Below are positions 55,169 to 64,000 of a stretch of DNA of 64,000 nt, one piece after another (the first letter of the stretch is position 1; each line of letters opens with the position of its first letter). The notes under the pieces were generated by a model, which worked only from the letters and a program-made list of their open reading frames with translations, searched no databases and was not told the DNA's origin. This DNA comes from Camelus dromedarius. Its lineage: Eukaryota. A program made the translations under genes and the position numbers. The stretch covers positions 52,144,001 to 52,208,000 of the forward strand of contig NC_087447.1 of assembly GCF_036321535.1 (NCBI RefSeq). The letters run 5' to 3'.

Positions 55169-57567
55169 ATCACATCAACAAGAGAAAGGACAAAAACCAC
55201 ATGATCATCTCAATCGATGCAGAAAAAGCATTTGATAAAATTCAACACCCATTTATGATAAAAACTCTCACCAAAGTGGGTATAGAGGGAATATATCTCA
55301 ACATAATAAAAGCTATATATGACAAACCTACAGCCAGCATAGTACTCAACGGTGAAAAACTCAAAAGCTTCCCACTAAAATCTGGGACAAGACAAGGATG
55401 CCCACTATCACCACTCCTATTCAACATAGTCCTGGAAGTCCTAGCCACAGCAATCAGGCAAGAGAGAGAAATAAAAGGGATCCAAATTGGATAAGAAGAG
55501 GTAAAAGTGTTACTATATGCTGACAATATGTTACTATATATAGAAAACCCTAAAAGGTCCACACAAAAACTACTAGAGCTGATTGAAGAATTCAGCAAGG
55601 TAGCAGGTTACAAAATTAACGTTCAAAAATCAGTTGCATTTCTTTACACTAACGATGAATCAACAGAAAAAGAAAGTAAAGAAACAATCCCCTTTAAAAT
55701 ATCACCCAAAGTAATAAAATATCTGGGAATAAATCTAACCAAGGAGGTGAAAGAATTATACACAGAAAACTATAAACCATTGATGAAGGAAATGAAAGAA
55801 GACTTTAAAAAATGGAAAGATATCCCATGCTCTTGGATTGGAAGAATCAATATTGTTAAAATGGTCACACTGCCCAAGGCAATCTATAGATTTAATGCAA
55901 TCCCTATCAAATTACCCAGGACATATTTCACAGAACTAGAACAAATCATAATAAAATTCATATGGAACCATCAAAGACCTAGAATTGCCAAAGCATTACT
56001 GAAGAGAAAGAAAGAGGCTGGAGGAATAACTCTCCCAGACCTTAGACAATACTACAGCGCTGCAGTCATCAAGACAGCATGGTATGGGTACAAAAGCAGA
56101 CATATAGACCAATGGAACAGAATAGAGAGCCCAGAAATGAACCCACAAATTTTTGGTCAACTAATCTTCGACAAAGGAGGCAAGAATATACAATGGAATA
56201 GACAGTCTCTTCAGCAAATGGTGTTGGGAAAACTGGACAGCAGCATGTAAAACAATGAAGCTAGAACACTCCCTTACACCATATACAAAAATCAACTCAA
56301 TATGGATCAAAGACTTAAACATAAGACAAGATACAATAAACCTCCTAGAGGAAAACATAGGCAAAACATTATCTGACATACATCTCAAAAAAGTTCTCCT
56401 AGAATAGTCTACTCAAGCAATAGAAATAAAAGCAAGAATAAACAAATGGGACCTAATGAAACTTATAAGCTTCTGCACAGCAAAGGAAACCATAAGTAAA
56501 ACAAGAAGACAACCTACGGAATGGGAGAAAATTTTTGCAAATGAAACCGACAAAGGCTTGATCTCCAGAATATATAAGCAGCTCATATGACTCAATAAGA
56601 AAAAATAAACAACCCAATCCAAAAGTGGGCAGAAGACCTAAACAAGCAATTCTCCAAGGAAGACATACAAATGATCAAAAGGCACATGAAAAAATGCTCA
56701 ATATCACTAATTATCAGAGAAATGCAAATCAAAACTACAGTGAGGTATCACCTCACACCAGTCAGAATGGCTGTCATTCAAAAATCCACAGATGACAAAT
56801 GCTGGAGAGGCTGTGGAGAGAGGGGAACCCTCCTACACTGCTGGTGGGAATGCAGTCTGGTGCAGCCACTATGGAAAACAGTGTGGAGATTCCTCAAAAG
56901 ACTAGGAATAGACTTACTGTATGACCCAGGAATCCCACTCCTGGGCTTGTATCCAGAAGGAACCCTACTTCATGATGACACCTGCACCCCAGTGTTCATA
57001 GCAGCACTATTTACAATAGCCAAAACATGGAAACAGCCTAAATGTCCATCAACAGGTGACTGGAAAAAGAAGAGGTGGTATATTTATACAATGGAATACT
57101 ACTCAGCCATAAAAAACGACAACATAACGCCATTTGCAGCAACATGGATGCTCCTGGAGAATGTCATTCTAAGTGAAGTAAGCCAGAAAGAGAAAGAAAA
57201 ATACCATGTGAGATCGCTCATATGTGGAATCTAAAAAACAAAAACAAAAACAAAAACAAACAAACAAATAAAAACAAAGCGTAAATACAGGACAGAAACA
57301 GACTCATAGCCATAAAATACAGACTTGTGGTTGCCAGAGGGGCGGAGGGTGGGAAGCGATAGACTGGGATTTCAAAACTGTAGGATAGATAAACAAGATT
57401 ATACTGTATAGCACAGGGAAATATACACAAAATCTTATGGTAGCTCACAGAGAAAAAAATGTGATAATGAGTTGTGTATATGTCCATGTATGACTGAAAA
57501 ATTGTGCTGAACACTGGAATTTGACACAACATTGTAAAATGATTATAAATCAATAAAAAATGTTAAA
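55169..57567 (+). mobile_element. 5'-truncated LINE-1 (about 2.4 kb: ORF2 RT and C-terminal part, 3'UTR, A-tail), inactivated, antisense to TENM4
   Basis: ORFs 55126-55494, 55507-56250 and 56671-57234 carry L1 ORF2 motifs ([63 protein letters not shown]). AATAAA at 57552. TSD AAAAACACTTT at 55158-55168 and 57568-57578 in a TTTT/AAAA endonuclease context. In-frame stops, a frameshift and YADD changed to YADN. Confidence 0.96.
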
Positions 57568-57589
57568 AAAAACACTTTTAAAACATTTT

Positions 57590-57727
57590 TTGAGGGGGTA
57601 GGTAATTAGGGATGTATGTATGTATGTATGTATGTATTTTATTTATTATTTAACAGAGGTACTGGGGATTGAACCCAGGACTTTGTGCATGCTAAGCATG
57701 CACTTGACCACTGAGCTATACCCTCCC
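57590..57727 (-). mobile_element. tRNA-derived SINE, camelid Vic-1-like, with a (TACA)n/A-rich tail
   Basis: Minus strand reads GGGAGGGTATAGCTCAGTGGTCAAGTGCATGCTTAGCATGCACAAAGTCCTGGGTTCAATCCCCAGTACCTC, with Pol III A box TAGCTCAGTGG and B box GGTTCAATCC, followed by a simple-repeat tail. Family name is from memory. Confidence 0.8.
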
Positions 57728-58019
57728 GGTCCTGAACTTTTTGTTTTTTCATTTAATTCTCATGGCCACTCTGCACAATAGACATTATTACCCTGCTCCG
57801 ACAGAGGAGGACATTGGAGCTCAGAGAAGTTGAGGAATTTTCCCAAGGTCACACAGCTATTCAGTGGAGGCAAGAGACTTTAAATCCAGGTCTCGGCGAT
57901 TTTCACTGGGCCACGCTGCTGCCATAGGAGCCACCCCACTCACTCATCGCCTAAGCACCGAGCCCTGCGTTAGGTGCTTTATCTCAGGTAATCATTTTTT
58001 TTTTCTTTTTAGTTTGATT

Positions 58020-58150
58020 TACTTTTTTTTTTTGTTTTTAATTGAAGTATAGTCAGTTTACAATGCTGTGTCAATTCCTGGTGTACAGCATAGTGTTTCA
58101 GTCTTACATGTACATACCTATATACCTTTTCATATTCATTTTTATTGTGG
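58020..58150 (-). mobile_element. Short LINE-1 3'-end fragment with poly(T)
   Basis: Poly-T followed by aattgaagtatagtcagtttacaatgctgtgtcaattcctggtgtacagc, which is the reverse complement of an L1 3' terminus like that at 57500-57560. Confidence 0.75.
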
Positions 58151-59480
58151 CTTTCGTGAAGTAGTTACTATGATTGCCAATTTATAATTGGAGGCATATA
58201 TGCACAAGTTAAATCATTTCCCTGGGGCCACACTAAACTAGTAGTTGGTAAAGCCCAGATTCAAACTCTGGGCACTTTCAATTATACCATATTTCTTCAC
58301 ATGAGAGGAAAGAAAGCAACAACCCAAACTTGGTAACCGATGTCACTTTATCCCCACTGTGTAAGTAAAAACTGCATTCCCGGCGCAGAGCAAGACAACG
58401 GAATACCAAGCAGGCAGTCTAATGAGAAAAGCATCTGCTGCCTTGTGTTTCCAGGTTTCCAGTCACCTGGGACTGTTTTACACAAAAGTCTGCTGGGTGA
58501 TACTTAGTAGTGAAAGATAGCTGTTTCTTCTGAATCTAGATCAGCAAGGAGCAGGGGCAGAATGATTCAGGCAAATGTTAGGGAAAAGGAACTGTTACAG
58601 TAACATTTGGAAGCTTCCATTATCCACCCATTTTAGAGAAAATACTACGTTCCAGGTTCTTCCCTAAGTAAGGCAGGTTTGGAGAGATGAATGGTCTTTG
58701 CTTTCCAAGCATCTGTTATTTAACTGAAGGTGACAGATATATAAACAATGATCTGGGAGCTGACTTCTACTCCTGCTTCTGCTACTAATCTGTAATGTGA
58801 TTTTAACAGATAATTTAACCTCTCTGGACTCTGAATCCTCAGTAGCAAATTAAATAAAATAGATAATGTGTCCATCCATCCTCCATCCATCCTCTGTCCC
58901 TCCATGCTTCCGTCCCTCCTTCTTTCCTCCCATTTCTTCATCGTTCAAGGCAATACATATGCATATTTATCTCAAACAACTACTAAGAGCTACAATGAGA
59001 AAGATGCAGTCCTGTCCTGGCGGACTCTGTTCAGAGGGTTAACAGACATTCACATAGTCACTGTATCAGGCCACTTCCCCAGAGCCACGTATCCAATAGT
59101 GGCAGAGCCAGGATCTGAACCACAAGTTGGCCTCACTCTGAGACCTGTGCTCTCTTCTCTGCTGAGCCGTCCATTTCTCCCAGTAGCGGTTTCTCAAGAT
59201 CCCCACTTGACTGGCTCCTTTAGGCAAGTCAGACTGGGAGAAAATGATACTGAGATCCTTGAGCAGGTGCCACTTAACTTGTGGCATGGCCTAAACAGCA
59301 GGCTTGGTGAGTGACCAGAGGACATGCAGGGGACATGGTCCCTGCTGGCCCTGATCAGGATGGCATGATAAGGGCACCCCTTAAGCAGAACAGCCCCTAA
59401 TAGCCAACCAGCCAGAGCTCTATCAGATCTCATAAAGGGTCTAGTAAAGAAAGGCTGAGCAAATAATATTCCCCTTGGTT

Positions 59481-59518
59481 GGAGTCATATTTCTATCTGG
59501 GGAGTCATATTTCTATCT
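59481..59518. repeat. Short tandem duplication, 20-bp period
   Basis: ggagtcatatttctatct at 59481-59498 and again at 59501-59518. Confidence 0.9.
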
Positions 59519-61534
59519 CCATTTGATTAAAAGAACTAACGCCACGGAAAGGCCCACGAGCATACATACAAAATCACACAATGGAATAAAAAAGCAGAAA
59601 GCTTCCTACCCAGAGACAAAAGTAGCATTTCTGGCCAAGATAAATGAATAGGTTTCTCCTCAGTCTGTTTCTGCTCCAGGCTCTGCCGCTTGACTAGCCT
59701 ATGAATGTGGGAAGATTGCTTCACCGCTGAGGTTCTCAATATTCTCTGTTCTTCACTTTTCCTGTCTCATTATCGCTCCTTGTGAGGAAGTGCTGGGGCA
59801 GTGGAAAGGAGGGCCCTGGAGTCTTAGATCCAGCACGTACATCCCAGGAGCGAGGCCTCCTCCTGGGATTCCCAGGTATTCTCTGGGGACGCTAATACCA
59901 CCTCCCAGAGCTCTTCCCCAGGGTGCTTTTTTACATCCCCACTCCTCTCCCCTTACACGTTCTCCTCCAGCAAACTTTCGTGTGCTCGTGGCTTCATCTC
60001 CTGCTTATTTGTTGGTGGCTCCCAAATCAAAGTCCTCAGCCCTAACCTCTATGTGAGCTCCAGAAATGTTTATGAACTGCTTCCCGCTCTCTGGTCCTGC
60101 TTGGAAGGTTTGCCAGGAATGATTGTTATCATTATTAATTTTGTATTAAATGATGATGATGATACTCATAGCTGCCCCTGACTGACAGCCAGGTATTATG
60201 CTAAAGGCTTTACAAGGAATGTTTTCAAGGCATGTGTCATTGAACCTTCTCAGCTCTATGAAGTAGCCACTGTTGTCACCATCACTCCCATTTTAGAGAT
60301 ATTTCCTCTTGGCTGTTCTACTGAGGTGAGTCCCTTCCTTGCCCTTGCTGTGCTCAAGGCAGAGGTCATCACTTTGTTCCCAAGCCTGCTCCTGCTCTCA
60401 GGTCCCCAACGTGGGGTAGTTACCATCCTCTACTAGGCACCCAAGTAAGGTCTCTCCTTTCTCCAGCATCCCTCAGACCCAGCCCATAATGAAGCCCTGC
60501 TGATTTCCCCTTTAAAGAGAACTGGGGCTGTCTTTCATCATTCCCATCCCTCATCCCTACCCCCACCGCCCCCTCAGGGCAGGAATTCTCTGGCACCGAA
60601 ATCATGAACATAGAAGGCACACAATCTGTGACTGCTGAATTGAACTGGGCTGACTTGCAGAGAAACCTCTATGTGTGTGAGGCATCTCTACATTGGAAGA
60701 CATTCAAAAGACATGATCATACATCCTTCCTGGATACCTTTACCAAGTTCATAGACCCTGGTGTGGGGAGCAGCAAACAGAGAGCTCCTGTACCTTTTCA
60801 TGCCCCTGGGTTTTTGCACAGGCTGTTCTCTCTCCCAGAACACCCTCTCTCTCCCTTGCCTAGCTATTTCTCATTTTTAAGACTCAGTTCTTAAGTCTCA
60901 GCCTTCCCCCTACCTAGGAATGTCCTCTCCCTGTTTCCAGAGTGCCCTGCAGGCATATTTCTAGCCTACCCCACTGGAACTATTTTTTGTCCCCCTAGTG
61001 GACAATGGGCAGGAACTGTGTTTGTCTCATCTCTGATTCCAGCACAGGATGTGGCACAGAACAGACCTCAGTAAAAAACTGTCCACCAGATGACACAGCC
61101 GACAACTTGTGAAAGACGCATGGGCTTGTAACCTGGGACGCCAGCAGAGGCAACCCTGCCCAGCCTAACAGAGTCTCCTGGACGTCAGCTCCAATGGTGA
61201 ACAGTGTCAGAGCTTTTCAGCTCATCTTGAGACCACAGGATCAGTATGAGCTGACTGCAAAGTGGGTATTGATCCATGATTCCCCTTGGACCTTTGATTT
61301 CTCACTCTCTCCATCTTCACCCGGTGAGAACAACACAACTTTGCTCATAAAAATTCCAAATGCCGCGGATAGCAGTCTTCTAAACGTGGGTACTCGAGGC
61401 TGCTTCCCTGCCTCCCTGCCATTCCATCCTTTGGTGCCCACCCTCCTGGCCTCCTCCCACCCCCACGCACCCAAATGTGGCCCTGGAGTTGACCCATTTC
61501 CCTGTCAGAGAGCCACGGCCAGAGCTGGACTCAC

Positions 61535-61751
61535 CCTCTGTCAAAGGGGTTCTCCCCGGGGATGACGTGTGTGCTGTCCCTGCCCACGAGGAACTTGATG
61601 CGGTCGTAGAAGGAGTGCAGGTTCTGCTGGGACACAGGGGCCTGTGTCTCCTGGATGATGTCCAGAGGGTCGGGGGAGCCCAGGCACAGCGGGCTGGCGT
61701 GACAGAGGGGCTGGAGGCAGCAGTCGGGGTCCATGCAGTCCACCAAGCCAT
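61535..61751 (-). CDS. TENM4: Teneurin-4 coding exon (217 nt), Cys-rich region after the EGF repeats: (D)[71 protein letters not shown](G)
   Basis: The peptide matches the teneurin-4 sequence as I recall it. Acceptor CCCCTGCAG|AT (AG at 61753-61752), donor AGAGG|GTGAGT. Ends in phase 2, which fits the next exon. Confidence 0.96.
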
Positions 61752-63535
61752 CTGCAGGGGGCACAGAGCACGACAGTTCACATCGCTATGTTCCATCAGC
61801 CACGTTTTTCCACAGCACCTGCACTTACTTCTCTCTTTTCAATTCACTGAAAAACAGGATTAAGTGCCTGATACAGGCCAAGGCCTCTGCTGGGCACCAA
61901 GGAGATTCAGGTGCTTCAGATTAGGTCCCAGCCCACTAGTCCAGCAGGAGATAGACAAGTTGGTCAGTGGACAGTGTGACGTGTTAGTATTGTTTTTTTC
62001 AAAGAGCTAGAAGGAATTACATATATGGAGGCCCAAAGGTGAGAGAACACATTGAACCTTTGAGTGGCTAAACTCAAGTGCTGAGCTCAGAAGGTGAGGG
62101 GACCAGCACAAGAGGAGGCTGCCGGGGCTGGGAGGAGCAGACAGCTGGGACTCCTGGGCCCGGCTGAGGAGTTCGCATTTCACCTTCCGAGTAATGGGAG
62201 CTAGTGAAAGGCGCTAAGCAGGGGGTGACTCCATCTGACTTGCAGGGCTGAAAGAACGCCTGCTGTATCAAGGAGAGAGGACTAAAGGGGCCCAAAGTGG
62301 AAGCTGGAGGTGCCACGGAGGGGGCGTTGCTGAGGTTACATATGGGGAAAACAATGGTTCCTGAGACTAGTGAGGTACAGTAGAGACTGAGAGAAGTGGA
62401 TGGTTCAGAGAGACACTGAAGAGGTAAAAACGGTGAGACCTGGCAACCGCCTGGCTTTGGGGGTGAGGGAGAGGCCGTGTTGGAGAAGGCACCTCTCCCA
62501 GGTGCGATGTAAATGTATGCAGACCTGGCCCTGTCTACAGTGAGAGGGGCTTTCTGAGCTTGCTGGATGGTCTCAGATCACTGACCAAGTTGCCATTAGC
62601 AGGGAATTCTCTTCACCACATAGGTGGAATTCTTTAGGACTGAAAATTACATTACAGCTTCCAGCATCCCAAAGTGCAAAAAAAAAAAAAAATTTTCATC
62701 AGATCACAAATTTTTGGTCTCATTATCCCAAAGTGCTTTTACAGGCACACAACAGAATAGCTTAAAATAGATAACAAACTCAGGGATTAGAGGATACTGC
62801 CCAAAGTGGGGGACAGGGAAAGCTCAGGGTTCCAGTCTGCTTTGTAGGCAGAGAACAGTCTAAGCACGGGTATTCCTCTGTGGGGTTGAATTCTTTCTCT
62901 CTGGCTTATCAGCTCTGTGACTTTGGGCAAATTTCCCCACCACCCTGGGGACACAGATTCTGCTCTGGTTATCTCTGTTGTATCTCCAGCACTTGGTATA
63001 GGTGTTTAAAACGTAACTGGTAAATAAATCAATGAATGAGAATTGAATGAATTAGTTAATAAATGAATCAAGGGGACAAAACCAAATGACAGCCTATAAA
63101 AGGCAGGAAACCATTATCTTGATTCAATTAAATAATGCGGGATGGTGGGAGGATCCTGAGGCTCAGAGACTCAAGTTCAAGTCCCAGAACTGCCCTAAGA
63201 ATGACTCTGCACGAGTTCCTGTACTTAACCTCTTTGAGCCCCCATCTCCCCATCACTGACACACCTCCTTCACATCTGTCTCCAGGGGTTTACAACATAG
63301 ACACTGCCCACTAGAACACTGCATATGCATTGGTTGGACTGGTGCCCCACCCACACAGGCAGCATCCCTAAGCCTCCTTACTAGCCTTGGTGTCCTGTGG
63401 CCCCAGGCGAGCTACTTGGCCTCCCCGAAACCCAGTTTTCTTTCCTTAATAAGTTAAGGACAAAAATTTCTTGTCTTTCTCTCCCAACTTCTGCCTGGTA
63501 TCCAAGACCTTACATGGTATATGCCCTCTGTGAGG

Positions 63536-63585
63536 ACAGCGGGCTGACGTGACAGAGGGGCTGAAGGCAGCAGTCGGGGTCCATG
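63536..63585 (-). repeat. 50-bp direct intronic copy of TENM4 exon sequence 61686-61735 (48/50 identical)
   Basis: acagcgggctgacgtgacagaggggctgaaggcagcagtcggggtccatg versus acagcgggctggcgtgacagaggggctggaggcagcagtcggggtccatg. Offset 1,850 bp, mismatches at 63547 and 63564. Confidence 0.95.
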
Positions 63586-63700
63586 GTGGTAAACAGTATG
63601 GGCTCCTGAGCCAGACTGAGGTCAAATTCTTGCTCTGAAACCTGCTACTGTGTGACCTTGGGCAGGTTGCTTAACAAATCTGGCCCCAGTTTCCCACACC
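63586..63700 (+). mobile_element. MIR SINE, one of many in the window (others at about 60-300, 1050-1220, 4770-4960, 16130-16330, 18150-18380, 22070-22290, 50480-50680, 50850-51110, 57745-57900)
   Basis: gagccagactgaggtcaaattcttgctctg...ctgtgtgaccttgggcaggttgcttaac matches the MIR core. Confidence 0.7.
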
Positions 63701-64000
63701 TCTTACAAGTAGATCATAAAAGTCAGTGTCACATAAGTATTTTTTACATAAATGAAAAACATAATACACGTCCCCAAATCTAGCAGAGTACCTGACACAT
63801 AGTAAGTACTTAGTAAGAGGCAGTTCCTCTTCCTGACCCTGAACCTGGAACATGGCCTGCCAAAGTGAGCACCAAAGTGGGAGTCCTTCGTCTGCTCCCA
63901 GCCAGTCATCCCGAGATGTGGAGGAAAGGCCTCCCCTCACTCCAGCTCCGTCCCGGGTCCTAACCATGGCTCCCGCCCCGGCTCCCAGAGACACCAGCTC

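Noticed and set aside
55126..57234. Novel reverse-transcriptase system from three plus-strand ORFs
   Set aside because: They are collinear fragments of one degraded L1 ORF2 with stops, a frameshift, a mutated catalytic motif, a 3'UTR, an A-tail and a TSD.
57655..57727. tRNA gene
   Set aside because: It has A and B boxes but no clean acceptor stem and continues into a simple-repeat tail, which fits a tRNA-derived SINE.

Overview
Mammalian genomic DNA, probably camelid: it carries a Vic-1-like tRNA-derived SINE and cetartiodactyl-type L1 3' ends. The whole window lies inside the teneurin-4 gene (TENM4/ODZ4) on the minus strand. I reconstructed 10 consecutive coding exons, all GT-AG and phase-consistent, totalling 2,548 nt: 61535-61751, 40111-40230, 34896-35157, 32056-32323, 29498-29641, 26598-26847, 24438-24458, 17339-17571, 13222-13376 and 6962-7839. 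They run from the Cys-rich region after the EGF repeats, through the TTR/FN-plug region and the NHL beta-propeller, to the start of the YD shell. Two exons are missing from the ORF track: a 120-nt exon and the 21-nt NKDFRHS beta-propeller microexon, which has tandem UGCAUG elements downstream. The introns hold ordinary repeats (MIR, L2, old L1, MER5, MER63, MaLR/ERVL LTRs) and a 2.4-kb 5'-truncated L1 with a target-site duplication, apparently nested in a SINE inside a MIR. The most unexpected feature is a 50-bp near-perfect intronic copy of part of a TENM4 coding exon, 1,850 bp upstream in gene orientation. Its ATG sits in a strong Kozak context and a candidate splice donor follows. I found no convincing novel multi-gene system, and almost all other ORFs in the track look like intronic noise. 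Repeat boundaries and subfamily names are by eye and approximate.
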